Assembly: GCA_950097015.1 (NCBI GenBank)
Contig: CATNEN010000024.1
Coordinates: 3,100,001-3,164,000, forward strand
DNA length: 64,000 nt
Source: Macrostomum hystrix
Taxonomy: Eukaryota; Animalia; Platyhelminthes
Reading direction: 5' to 3'
The translations under genes and the position numbers were made by a program. How positions within the stretch are numbered: the first letter of the stretch is position 1; each line of letters begins with the position of its first letter. A model generated the notes under the pieces. That model saw only the letters and a program-made list of their open reading frames with translations. It ran no database searches and was not told where the DNA came from. Below, one piece after another: positions 47,620 through 60,664 of the stretch.

Positions 47620-48655
47620 TTCCTTCCTGTTATCCGCTTCCCCATGTCCCTGTTTACCTGTTTTCGCCTTCCAAATATCCTCTCCTATTATCCTTTTCGT
47701 CTTATCAACTTTCTGTTTTACCCTCCCTGTTATCCGTCTCCGGTTATCCCCATCCTGATATCCCTTTCTGTTATCCCCCATACTGATATCCCTATCCTTT
47801 TATCACCATCCTCATATCCCCTTTCATTTAAACCCATCCTGATATCCCCTTTCTGTAATCCCCATCCTGATTTCCTTCCTGTTATCATCTTCCTGTTATC
47901 ACCATCCTTCTATCCCCATCCTGTTATCGCCATTCTGTTATCCCCTACTGCTATCCCCTTCCTGCTATCCCCATCCTGTTATCCCCTTCGTGCTATCCCC
48001 TTCCTGTTATCCCCTTCCTTCTATCCCCTACTGCTATCCCCTTCCTGCTATCCCCATCCTGTTATCCCCTTCCTTCTATCCCCTACTGCTATCCCCTTCC
48101 TGCTATCCCCTTTCTGTAATCCCCATCCTGATTTCCTTCCTGTTATCATCTTCCTGTTATCACCCTCCTGTTATCCTCTTCCTGTTTTCCCCTTCCTGCT
48201 ATCCCCTTCCTGTTATCCCCATCCTGTTATCCCGTTCCTGTTATCCCCATCCTGATATCCCCTTTCTGTTATCCCCATCCTGTTATCCCCATCATGATAT
48301 CCCCTTTCTGTTATCCCCATCCTGACAATCCCCTTTCTGTTATCCCCATCCTGATTTCCCCTTCCTGTTATCACCATCCTTCTATCCCCATCCTGTTATC
48401 GCCATTCTGTTATCCCCTACTGCTATCCCCTTCCTGCTATCCCCATCCTGTTATCCCCTTCGTGCTATCCCCTTCCTGTTATCCCCTTCCTTCTATCCCC
48501 TACTGCTATCCCCTTCCTGCTATCCCCTTTCTGTAATCCCCATCCTGATTTCCTTCCTGTTATCATCTTCCTGTTATCACCCTCCTGTTATCCTCTTCCT
48601 GTTTTCCCCTTCCTGCTATCTCCTTCCTGCTATCCCCTTCCTGCTATCCTCTTAT
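47620..48655. repeat. Pyrimidine-rich degenerate 14-15-bp array (TATCCCCTTCCTGT)
   Basis: Tandem units with internal block duplications. Confidence 0.9.
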
Positions 48656-49199
48656 TATTATCTCATTAATCTTATTATTTTTGTAATCAGTTGAGTGAAA
48701 CAAAACTCAAGGCACAGACACATTGTCGGCAGGTCTTATCGAAGCAAAGTCATGACTATAGCAAACAATTTCGAAAGTAAAAAAAGAATATAAAAGAGAC
48801 CGAGAATTTTCTGTCATTATTCTTAGATCTGAAATAGAACAAGTATTGAAATCAAAATAAGATAGCCTTTGACAGCTGATAGGGCCAGTCTGACTGACTA
48901 ACTGCACAAGATCGCCAATCTCCAAAAGTGCCTCACCTTTCTGTCTGTGCCGCTCTCACCCGCACGCGCATTGGGCACTGCAGGGTTGTACGCAATCTCG
49001 ATGATACGCCCTGCTGCACTTATTAACCAGCTGGCACGCGAGAGTGTCTTTAAAAGCGGCTTGTGTTGCTGCAAGAGAAAACGATAAGTTTATTTCTTCT
49101 TCTTCTGTGAAACTATTTACTGCTTCTGCCGCCTGTTGAAGCCAGCCTGTCTGAAATTGCTCTCTATTGAGGAGTTTTTAGTTAAAATCTGAAATCTGG

Positions 49200-52100
49200 A
49201 TGCGTCGGCGTACATTCATAGTCACCAATGGCTCCTTGCATCATCAGCAGCAGCAGCACCTTCATATCCGATCGGCGGCCCAGTCTCCAACTTTGAGCAG
49301 TCCCGATCTACCATCCGCGGGTGGTTCCGATCTGCGTTGCTATGCGGTTGCTATGCGAAGCTTGAGCTGTAGACGAGATCAGGTTGGAATGGAAATTTAG
49401 TTTATTAAATTTGTTTGAAGCAGTTGACTGAAAATCACAATTTTACACTACGAGCTGTTTGTTGTTCAGTGCAATCAAATCAGATTATCCACTTACTGTT
49501 ATCCCCATACGGAAATTATGAGCTAAGTGACGAAAATATGTAAAAAAGCATATAGTTTAGCTTACTTATATGATAAATGGCTTACGTAAATTTGAATTAA
49601 AACCTAATTAAAACTGTTTTATTACAATCTTGGAATTGGTGCCATCAGTCATATAAAAGTTGCACAAGCATTGTGACGTTTGACGGAATGTCAAAGAATG
49701 CCAGGTTCAGTTGTCAGGTCTATTTTTAGCTATCAAATAAAAGTACGAGTGCAAGTAAAGTAAAAGTAAAATTACTCGTAAATTAAACAGCAAGGATGAA
49801 AATGAAATAGAATGTTGGGGAAAGCGGACAGAGTGGGATATGAGACAATGAGACGGGTGAGATGAGATCAGGGGAGATAGTGGAGAGAGGGAGATATGAG
49901 ACAATGAGACGGGTGAGATGAGATCAGGGGAGATAGTGGAGAGAGGGAGATATGAGACAATGAGACGGGTGAGATGAGATCAGGGGAGATAGTGGAGAGA
50001 GGGAGATACGAAAGAATGAGACAGGTGAGATGAGATCAGGGGAGAGAGTGGAGAGAGGGAGATATGAGACAATGAGACGGGTGAGATGAGATCAGGGGAG
50101 AGAGTGGAGAGAGGGAGATACGAAAGAATGAGACAGGTGAGATGAGATCAGGGGAGAGAGTGGAGAGAGGGAGATACGAAAGAATGAGACAGGTGAGATG
50201 AGATCAGGGGAGAGAGTGGAGAGAGGGAGATATGAGACAATGAGACGGGTGAGATGAGATCAGGGGAGATAGTGGAGAGAGGGAGATACGAAAGAATGAG
50301 ACAGGTGAGATGAGATCAGGGGAGAGAGTGGAGAGAGGGAGATATGAGACAATGAGACGGGTGAGATGAGATCAGGGGAGAGAGTGGAGAGAGGGAGATA
50401 CGAAAGAATGAGACAGGTGAGATGAGATCAGGGGAGAGAGTGGAGAGAGGGAGATACGAAAGAATGAGACAGGTGAGATGAGATCAGGGGAGATAGTGGA
50501 GAGAGGGAGATATGAGACAATGAGACGGGTGAGATGAGATCAGGGGAGATAGTGGAGAGAGAGGTATGAGACAATGAGACGGGTGAGATGAGATCAGGGG
50601 AGAGAGTGGAGAGAGGGAGATATGAGACAATGAGACGGGTGAGATGAGATCAGGGGAGAGAGTGGAGAGAGGGAGATACGAAAGAATGAGACAGGTGAGA
50701 TGAGATCAGGGGAGAGAGTGGAGAGAGTGAGATACGAAAGAATGAGACAGGTGAGATGAGATCAGGGGAGAGAGTGGAGAGAGGGAGATACGAAAGAATG
50801 AGACAGGTGAGATGAGATCAGGGGAGAGAGTGGAGAGAGTGAGATACGAAAGAATGAGACAGGTGAGATGAGATCAGGGGAGAGAGTGGAGAGAGTGAGA
50901 TACGAAAGAATGAGACAGGTGAGATGAGATCAGGGGAGAGAGTGGCAGTCATTAAAACACCAAAGGACTTTAGCAGTGATGTAATTAGTTAACATTTAGC
51001 AGTTTTCACAGTGATGCAATGATACATAGTGCACATAGAGCTGAAAACCAAGCATGCATAAATGCAACAAATAAATTCATATTTTTCGCCCTAGCGGCTA
51101 CAAAGTTGCAGATTGAGAATGCAACTGTGAAAATGCGCATTTGCTCAACTAGTGGCTACGTTTACCTTAGGAAAATAAACTGGGAGAGCGCATGGAATCG
51201 CCAAGGATAGGGCTTTATGATTAAATTAATGGCGGAATAGATTAAAATAAAACAGCACATCATTCAATGGTTCTGGAAAGACCTTTTATTTGGCCGGCTT
51301 AGACCCACTTCCCTTAGGGGTTATAGAGGGTGTGATAGGAGAGGGTGAGATAGGAGAGGGTGTGATAGGAGAGGGTGAGATAGGAGAGGGTGAGATTGGA
51401 GAGGGTGTGATAGGAGAGGGTGAGATAGGAGAGGGTGAGATAGGAGAGGGTGAGATAGGAGAGGGTGAAATAGGAGAGGGTGAGATAGGAGAGGGTGAGA
51501 TAGGAGAGGGTGAGATAGGAGAGGGTGAGATAGGAGAGGGTGAAATAGCAGAGGGTGAGATAGGAGAGGGTGAGATAGGAGAGGGTGAGATAGGAGAGGG
51601 TGAAATAGGAGAGGGTGAGATTAGAGAGGGTGAGATTAGAGAGGGTGAGATAGGAGAGGGTGAGATGGGATAGGGTGAGATGGGATAGGGTGAGATGGGA
51701 TAGGGTGAGATGGGAGAGGGTGAGATATGAGAGGGTGAGACAGGAAAGGGTGAGACAGGAGAGGGTGAGACAGGAGAGGGTGAGATAGGAGAGGGTGAGA
51801 TGGGATAGGGTGAGATATGAGAGGGTGAGACAGGAAAGGGTGAGACAGGAGAGGGTGAGATAGGAGAGGGTGAGACAGGAGAGGGTGAGACAGGAAAGGG
51901 TGAGACAGGAGAGGGTGAGATAGGAGAGGGTGAGATGGGATAGGGTGAGATATGAGAGGGTGAGACAGGAGAGGGTGAGACAGGAGAGGGTGAGACAGGA
52001 GAGGGTGAGATATGAGAGGGTGAGATGGGAGCGGAGGACACAACAGCAACAACAACAAAATATGCTGTCGACGTGGAAAAAGGCAGCGTCACAGGGCGAA

Positions 52101-55100
52101 GAAGAATGTGAGACAGAGAAAAAGAGGGTGAGAAGGAGAGAGAGGAAAATAAGCAGGCGAACAGTTTCGAGTGTTCCATATTCGTGCACTGTAGCTGGTG
52201 GGCTGGCTTTACATGTTGCAGACGACACGCAGCACTCCACATTGTGAATCATCAATCAAACCAGGCAGCAGTTTCTCGTGTTACCAAGCCGATGGGCCCT
52301 ATATTAATAGTCGCATATTTTTCGTCATGCTTTCAAGCTTTCGCTTCACCTCGCAGAAACCTGGCTTGCCTGCCCTCTGCTTTCAGCTGCTGCAACTGAA
52401 GGACTGCCTGGCATCCGTCAGCGGCGACTCACCTAGCAGCCCGCCAACCGGCTGCAGCAGTCCTCAGCCAGGGAACCTGCAGTCCAGACTGGTACAGCTG
52501 GACTCGAGAATCAGCCAGGTGAGCGAGAAGGGACAATCTCCAACGCATGCTCAAATGTTCGCTTGGTTAGACAATGTTATTCGAAAATGTACCTCTCAGT
52601 TGCGTCGAATTTTTAATTTAAATAGTAGTATATTTACAACATGGTTTTCCCATTCCTCTCATTTCTCCTACACCGTCGCTCCCTCCACCTCACACCATCC
52701 CCAATCACACCCTCTCTTTCACAACCTCTCTTTCACACCCTCTCTTTCACGCCCTCTCTTTCACAACCTCTCTTTCACACCCTCTCTTTCACGCCCTCTC
52801 TTTCACAACCTCTCTTTCACACCCTCTCTTTCACACCCTCTCTTTCACACCCTCTCTTTCACACCCTCTCTTTCACGCCCTCACTTTCACACCCTCACTT
52901 TAACACCCTCTCTTTCACACCCTCTCTTTCACAACCTCTCTTTCACACCCTCTCTTTCACAACCTCACTTTCACACCCTCTCTTTCACGCCCTCACTTTA
53001 ACACCCTCTCTTTCACACCCTCACTTTAACACCCTCTCTTTCACACCCTCTCTTTCACGCCCTCTCTTTCACAACCTCTCTTTCACACCCTCTCTTTCAC
53101 GCCCTCTCTTTCACAACCTCTCTTTCACACCCTCTCTTTCACACCCTCTCTTTCACACCCTCTCTTTCACACCCTCTCTTTCACGCCCTCACTTTAACAC
53201 CCTCTCTTTCACACCCTCTCTTTCACACCCTCTCTTTCACACCCTCTCTTTCACATCCTCTCTTTCACAACCTCACTTTCACACCCTCACTTTAACACCC
53301 TCTCTTTCACACCCTCTCTTTCACACCCTCTCTTTCACAACCTCACTTTCACACCCTCTCTTTCACGCCCTCTCTTTCACACCCTCTCTTTCACGCCCTC
53401 ACTTTAACACCCTCTCTTTCACACCCTCACTTTAACACTCTCTCTTTAACGCCCTTTCTTTCACAACCTCTCTTTCACACCCTCTCTTTCACGCCCTCAC
53501 TTTAACACCCTCTCTTTCACGCCCTCTCTTTCACACCCTCTCTTTCAAACCCTCTCTTTCAAACCCTCTCTTTCACGCCCTCACTTTCACGACCTGTCTT
53601 TCACACCCTCACTTTCACACCCTCTCTTTCACGCCCTCACTTTAACACCCTCTCTTTCACACCCTCTCTTTCACACCCTCTCTTTCAAACCCTCTCTTTC
53701 AAACCCTCTCTTTCACGCCCTCACTTTCACGACCTGTCTTTCACACCCTCACTTTCACGCCATCTCTTTCAAACCCTCACTTTCACACCCTCACTTTCAC
53801 ACCCTCTCTTTCACAACCTCACTTTCACACCCTCTCTTTCACAACCTCTCTTTCACACCCTCCCCTTCACACCATCTCTCTCTAAAATCCACTCTTTCAC
53901 ACCCTCCCTTTCAGACCCTCTTAGTCTCACCCTCTCACCCTCTTCCTCACACCATCTCCTTATAAAGTACATGTAAAGTACACGAGGCACTAAAATCAAT
54001 AAAAATCGCAGTTAATTTTGCATCAATAACAAACTGGCCGCTCGCAATCAGCTGGAGTCGATCAGAGAAGAGCAAGTGGCCAGGAGGTGCTCACTTGAGC
54101 GGGGCCGGGCTCTACTAGCCGTTGCGAAGCGGTGCTACTCAGACCGGATGAAAGAACTTGGCGAGGAGAGAAAACAGGTTGGCACGAATTACTGTTGACA
54201 GTGGAAAAGGAAAATCGAAAACAGAGGCGTATAATCGTCGCTTGAATTAATTTTCAGACGCAGCTCCAACTGGAGGACGCGCGGTCAGCTGTTCAGTCAC
54301 TGGAGGAGCAGCTGGAATTGGCCAAGGATGACCAGCTAAAACAATTGAAGCAGCAACTGGAAGCTCAGCAGCGAATATTTGAGGATCTGGAATTCAAGGT
54401 GTGGCCTTATTGCGATTAATTTGGGGATTCAAAAATTAGGCGCGCAAATTTTCTAATGCCAGCTAAAAGTGCACAGACTTAGACACACAATCTTAGGCAC
54501 AAGCCAGCCATCCGAACGGCGCAAATGTAAACACTGCTGCCTGCGCGATAATATTTTGGTGCCAGACACCAGTTGTAGCAAAAACTCTACGTCTATGCGA
54601 GGGCTAGGACGATAACTTGCACCTGGGTGATTAGACGCATTCTATGCTTCTAAAATGTCATTGATTTTATGGTTAGTAGCTAACAAAGAAAACGCATAAA
54701 TATAACTTCGAGAGTGTTATTTTTTCAACGACATCTTGAATACTACTTGTTGATAGTAGTCTGTCGGACAATTACCAGCCAATTGAAATAAAGGGCATTC
54801 AACGAAAAATCTGAAAAATTTTGAGTGAAAAGTCACGGACCCGAGAGTCTGGGTGGTGAGTAGAGAGTCAAACTTAAAAGTCTGAGTTGACCCGAGTATT
54901 TGAGCAGAGTGAGCTGAGATTTTGATAAGAGTGAGCTCAGGCCCGATAGTCTGAGAAGAGTGAGCTCAAACCCGATAGTATAAGTAGGGTGAGCTCAGAC
55001 CCGATAGTATGAGTAGAGTGAGCTCAGACTCAATATAGTGAGTAGAGTGAGCTCAGACCCAATATTGTGAGTAGAGTGAGCTCAGACCCAATATTGTGTG

Positions 55101-58100
55101 TAGAGTGAGCTCAGACCCAATATTGTGAGTAGAGTGAGCTCAGACCCAATATTGTGTGTAGAGTGAGCTCAGACCCAATATTGTGAGTAGAGTGAGCTCA
55201 GACCCAATATTGTGAGTAGAGTGAGCTCAGACCCAATATTGTGTGTAGAGTGAGCTCAGGCCCGATTGTCTGAGTAGAGCGAGCTCAGGCTCGATAGACT
55301 GAGTAGAGTGAGCTCAAACCTGATAGTCTGAGTAGAGTGAGCTCAGACCCGAGTCTGAGTGTCTGAGCTGAGCTGAGTCTGAGCATACCCGAGTTTGATA
55401 AGGAATTAGGACTTCAATCCCATAAAACTTCTGCGGCAGGACCTGGAAGAGCAAGCTCGAGTTGACGAGGAGCGGGAGCAGCTTTTTCGCGAGCTGATCG
55501 GTCGTCAAGCCGGCCTCATCGCCGAATACCGCGAAGTTTCAGCCGACATTAGCCCGGAAGGAGATGAAAATTTCAACGAACTGCGAGACAAGGAGCTGCG
55601 GGCTTTGAAGACTGAACGAGCTGAGCTGTTGATCGATCGAGATCAACGAGAGATGTTGATTAAGCGGCTCTCGCTGCCTGCTGCCGCAACATCGGCTGGC
55701 GAGGACGCCGTTGCCAACGTCAGCGACGAATTCGATGTGGCGCCAGACCGCTGTCACCAAGGAAGGGAACAGCTGCGCCAGAACCGGCGGCAGCATCAGA
55801 AGAGGCGTTCTGATCGGCGACGGCGGGTGCTGTCGGAGTCGGGCAAACTTCAGTATTCGATGTCTGAGGAAAGCCTGCTTTGCGGCCTCGATCAGGTAAG
55901 TAAAAAATAAGTGTCTCCTGTGTCTAGCGGTTCTGTAACAGATGGGTGTCTCGTGTGTCTAACAGGTTCCAGTGGTTCTGTAACAGATGAATATGTACTG
56001 TGTCTAACAGGTTCCAGCGGTTCTGTAACAGATGAGTGTCTCCTGCGTCTAACAGGTTCCAGCGGTTCTGAAACAGATGTGTGTCTCGTGTGTCTAACAG
56101 GTTCCAGCGGTTCTGTAACAGTTGAGTATCTCGTCTGTCTAACAGGTTCCAGCGGTTCTGAAACACATGAGTGTCTCTTGCGTCTAACAGGTTCCAGTGG
56201 TTCTGTAACATATGCGTGTCTCGTGTGTCTAACAGGTTCCAGCGGTTCTGTAACATATGAATATCTACTGTGTCTAACAGGTTCCAGTGGTTACTGTAAC
56301 ATATGAGTGTCTCATGTGTCTAACAGGTTCCAGTGGTTCTGTAACAAATGAGGGTCTCATGTGTCTAACAGGTTCCAGCGGTTACTGTAACAGATGAATG
56401 TCTCGTGTGTCTAACAGGTTCCAGCGGTTCTTTAACAGATGGGTGTCTCGTGTGTCTAACAGGTTCCAGCGGTTCTTTAACAGATGAATATCTCCTGTGT
56501 CTAACAGGTTCCAGTGGTTCTGTAACAGATGAATGTCCCGTGTGTCTAACAGGTTCCAGCGGTTATGTAACAGTTGAGTGTCTCGTGTGTCTAACAGGTT
56601 CCAGCGGTTCTGTAACAGTTGAGTGTCTCGTTTGTCTAACAGGTTGCAGCGGTTCTGTAACAGATGTGGTCTATAAAGTATGTTAGCTTTTTCCTCAATG
56701 AAATTTTCGCGTTTAAAAGAGCATTTTACTGGAATTTTCACAAACTAAGTGAGTCTCGGGTTATTCTCGTGTAGCCTTTGGGATAATATACTTACTTCAA
56801 CTGATGCAAAGCGTTAACTTTAGATTTCTGTCACATAAAAAACTGCAGTGCATGGATAGCAGTACGGGAGTCTGTGATATGCAATGAAAAGATGGCTTTT
56901 GTAGGAGTGAATTTGGGTTTAATCTGGCACTTTAACAATGCGGATTTTTGGCTACTAAGTTTGACACAATGGAAGCAGATTCCAACAAACAGGATGCGCT
57001 TCTGCTGTAAGGGATAATAAAGCTGTTCAGAGTGAAAGGAACTGTACAGAAGCTGGCACACAATGATTTATAGGGTCTATGTGAGTATAGAATAAACTCT
57101 GTGACAATAGAGTCATCACTCACTGCATTTGCATCTAACGTGCTAGATTCTCATTGAATATTTTTTACTTATTTTTAGTATGCTAAATGCGTTTGCGTTT
57201 AAAATGGGTTAGATTGATGGATTGATGGGTTAGACTGGTGGATAGATGGGTTAGACTGGTGGATTGATGGGTTAGACTGATGGATTGATGGGTTAGACTG
57301 ATGGATTGATGGGTTAGACTGGTGGATTGATGGGTTAGACTGATGGATTGATGGGTTAGACTGGTGGATTGATGGGTTAGACTGGTGGATTGATGGGTTA
57401 GACTGGTGGATTGATGGGTTAGACTGATGGATTGATGGGTTAGACTGGTGGATAGATGGGTTAGACTGGTGGATAGATGGGTTAGACTGGTGGATTGATG
57501 GGTTAGACTGGTGGATTGATGGGTTAGACTGATGGATTGATGGGTTAGACTGGTGGATAGATGGGTTAGACTGGTGGATAGATGGGTTAGACTGGTGGAT
57601 AGATGGGTTAGACTGATGGATTGATGGGTTAGACTGGTGGATAGATGGGTTAGACTGGTGGATTGATGGGTTAGACTGGTGGATTGATGGGTTAGACTGG
57701 TGGATTGATGGGTTAGACTGGTGGATAGTTGGGTTAGACTGGTGGATTGATGGGTTAGACTGGTGGATTGATGGGTTAGACTGGTGGATTGATGGGTTAG
57801 ACTGTTGGATTGATAGGTTAGATTGATAGATAGATAGGTTAGATAGATTGATAGATATGTTGGATTGATAGATAGATAGGTTAGAGACTCGTGGATTGAT
57901 TAGAAACTCGTAGATTGATTAGAGACTCGTGGATTGATTAGAGACTCGTGGATTGATTAGAGACTCGTGGATTGATTAGAGACTCGTGGATTGATTAGAG
58001 ACTCGTGGATTGATTAGAGACTCGTGGATTGATTAGAGACTCGTGGATTGATTAGAGACTCGTGGATTGATTAGAGACTCGTAGATTGATTAGAGACTCG

Positions 58101-60560
58101 TGGATTGATTAGAGACTCGTGGATTGATTAGAGACTCGTGGATTGATTAGAGACTCGTGGATTGATTAGAGACTCGTAGATTGATTAGAGACTCGTGGAT
58201 TGATTAGAGACTCGTGGATTGATTAGAGACTCGTGGATTGATTAGAGACTCGTGGATTGATTACAAACTCATGGATTGATTAGAGACTCGTGGATTGATT
58301 AGAGACTCGTGGATTGATTAGAGACTCGTAGATTGATTAGAGACTCGTGGATTGATTAGAGACTCGTGGATTTGATTAGAGACTCGTGGATTGATTAGAG
58401 ACTCGTAGATTGATTAGAGACTCGTGGATTGATTAGAGACTCGTGGATTGATTAGAGACTCGTGGATTGATTAGAGACTCGTGGATTGATTAGAGACTCG
58501 TAGATTGATTAGAGACTCGTGGATTGATTAGAGACTCGTGGATTGATTAGAGACTCGTGGATTGATTAGAGACTCGTGGATTGATTAGAGACTCGTGGAT
58601 TGATTAGAGACTCGTAGATTGATTAGAGACTCGTGGATTGATTAGAGACTCGTGGATTGATTAGAGACTCGTGGATTGATTAGAGACTCGTGGATTGATT
58701 AGAGACTCATAGATTGATGGATAGATGGATAGGCACTAAAGTGCATAGTTGCATATAAAACATTCGACAGAATTGCCAGAAATCAGCCAGAGCCAAACCG
58801 CTGCACGGGGATCAGTTGAAGAGATTGGCAGTTCGCGCTGCACCAGATGTCCTGCCTGCCGCAGCCGCGGCCGCAGCGGAGCCGACGGCTGACGCCTATG
58901 AGAACGCAAGCAGCTACGAGCTGTTAGTCCCGACTGATTGCGACTGTCCGAGAACTCCGCCGATCTGGGGTGAGGCCGCGAGAGTCTCCATAGCTTGTTT
59001 TATTTAAGTAAAGCCTATTAGCTACATGATATTCGAGCACACATGGGATTACGGATAGGTATGAAAGAGATGTGAAATCTTAGACAGGGGAGAGATGAGA
59101 CACGGGAAATTTGAGACTGAGGAGAGATGAGAAACGGGAGAGATGAGACAGGGGGGAGATGAGACAGAGGAGAGATGGGAAACAGAAGAGATGAGACAGG
59201 AGGGTGAGACAGAGGGCCGGATTCATAAGCATTACTGGCCGTATCTGGCCCGCGGGCCATAATGTGCCAACCCCTGGCCTTTGAGATCGAAGTGCATCAG
59301 CACGAAACACATCGCGTAGTAATTTAAATGTCTACTGCTAATTCGGCTAGCCGACCTTCACTCTGAATCGATCCAGTCTCACAACAGGCACGCAAGTAGC
59401 CAACTAAGAAGAGAGGCTGCAATGGCAATGCAAAGTGTATTTGTGCTTGAGTAGCCAACTAGCTTTCTCACTAGGTGTGAGAATTAGCTACTTTTCAAGA
59501 TCGCACGGCGCTGTAAAAGTATCCATACTCGCGGAATGTTTTCAAAAACTTATTTTATTCTTACAAAACTTTTCTTAGAAACTGCAGTTGAGCTCGGAGC
59601 AATGAGCCACGGCGACGTTGCACTCGAACAACAGCGTCGTCGTCGACAATTGGCGAATCGACAGTCTCCCGTACGCGGCGTCAACGGCAGCGGCAGTAGT
59701 CAGGACAGCACGGCCCATTCAACAGGCAGCGGTCAAACTGGCGCAGCCGCTAAAAGCGTTGGCGACAATGAAAAGGTAAATTAGCGACATTTAGAGAATC
59801 ACTTTCTTGACGTCACAGGTTAGCAGTTCCTGGGGGGAATTTCAAACAACTATTTTTTTCTGTATCTCCCAAAATATTCAACCAATCGCCGATTATCTCG
59901 ACGATGCCGACTCGGACGGCTTTGAAAGTGAGTTCATCCGTGAAGGGCGGAGTCCATCCCTAATGTATCCATATGGTGAGCTTTCACGAAAAGTAGCCAG
60001 TGGGTATTTCCGTTCCGTCCATGGCCTTGCAGAATCGACCCCTGACCTGTTACCTGCCGTCAAGTGACCCGGACTTTGATTTGCGCAACCACCTGGCTAA
60101 TCTGGGCCACCCGTTGGAGGGCCTGCGCGCTCAGGTTGGCGTGACGCCCAGTCGTTGCTATGGTTACCTAGCAATGCCGGCTGGCAAATTTCGAGCTTGG
60201 AAGAGGCGCTGGTTCGTACTGGACAGATACCGCAAGACCCTGGCCTACTATGCTGACAGCTCCGAGGCCAAGATCAAAGGCTTCATCAGCTTCTGCGACA
60301 TTGTTGACGTCTACTCAGACAGATTCGGTAGTGGTGCGGGCAGAGCGGGCGGCGGCGGAGCTGGAAGCTCAAAGAAGCGCTCCCCGACTGGCGTATTCTG
60401 CATCGGCACCTCGACAATTGACAAGCGTCGGCGAGGTCAGCCGGGTGTCATTGTGCTTCGCTGCCTGGCGCCATCCCCAGAGGCAATGCGGCTGTGGCTA
60501 GATGCTGTCTTCACCGCGGCTGAGGGCTACCTGCTGATGCAGGAGTACGGTGCCCAGTGA
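49200..60560 (+). CDS. PHLDB: PHLDB/LL5-like coiled-coil plus C-terminal PH domain protein; exons 49200-49382 (tentative), 52387-52518, 54052-54177, 54258-54398, 55440-55895, ~58780-58969, 59579-59775, 60033-60560
   Basis: NRPLTCYLP...DFDLRNHL...GH...CYGYL...GKFRAWKRRWFVLDR...LAYYAD...KGFI...APSPEAMRLWLDAVFTAAEGY and FEDLEF match the PHLDB family as recalled. Intron phases are consistent. Confidence 0.87.
49840..50945. repeat. 56-bp purine-rich intronic minisatellite, ~20 copies
   Basis: ATGAGACGGGTGAGATGAGATCAGGGGAGATAGTGGAGAGAGGGAGATATGAGACA repeated. Confidence 0.95.
51318..52030. repeat. 15-bp purine-rich intronic minisatellite (GAGGGTGAGATAGGA), ~47 copies
   Basis: Tandem units visible. 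Confidence 0.95.
52700..53880. repeat. 14-15-bp pyrimidine-rich intronic minisatellite (ACACCCTCTCTTTC)
   Basis: Tandem units visible. Confidence 0.95.
54900..55380. repeat. 29-bp intronic minisatellite (GAGTAGAGTGAGCTCAGACCCAATATTGT)
   Basis: Tandem units visible. Confidence 0.9.
55910..56665. repeat. 45-bp intronic minisatellite (TGTCTAACAGGTTCCAGCGGTTCTGTAACAGATGAGTGTCTCGTG)
   Basis: Tandem units starting about 15 bp after the donor at 55896. Confidence 0.93.
57200..58715. repeat. Two abutting intronic arrays: 21-bp GATGGGTTAGACTGGTGGATT (57200-57870) and 19-bp GATTAGAGACTCGTGGATT (57880-58715)
   Basis: Tandem units visible. Confidence 0.95.
59215..59276. mobile_element. Solo hAT/Charlie-like (MER58-type) terminal fragment
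   Basis: Reverse complement CAGGGGTTGGCACATTATGGCCCGCGGGCCAGATACGGCC resembles the recalled MER58-type terminus. The partner end was not found. Confidence 0.55.
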
Positions 60561-60664
60561 CTAGACGCTCAGTTGGCTGTAGAAATTCAAGCCACTGTTT
60601 TACAACTGTGAAGATTTCTGACTGAATGTACCGAATGAATAAGAAAAGTTTATTCATATAAAAA

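Noticed and set aside
57200-57870. Interstitial telomeric repeat (GGGTTAG in each unit)
   Set aside because: Only a 7-bp match within a 21-bp unit, with no tandem TTAGGG run.
18352-60067. Apparent protein paralogy between ORF 18352-18606 (IAEYLDDA...REVGSGY) and ORF 59807-60067 (IADYLDDA...RKVASGY)
   Set aside because: The first lies in dispersed repeat family H and the second is in a PHLDB intron. The similarity is better explained at nucleotide level or by chance.
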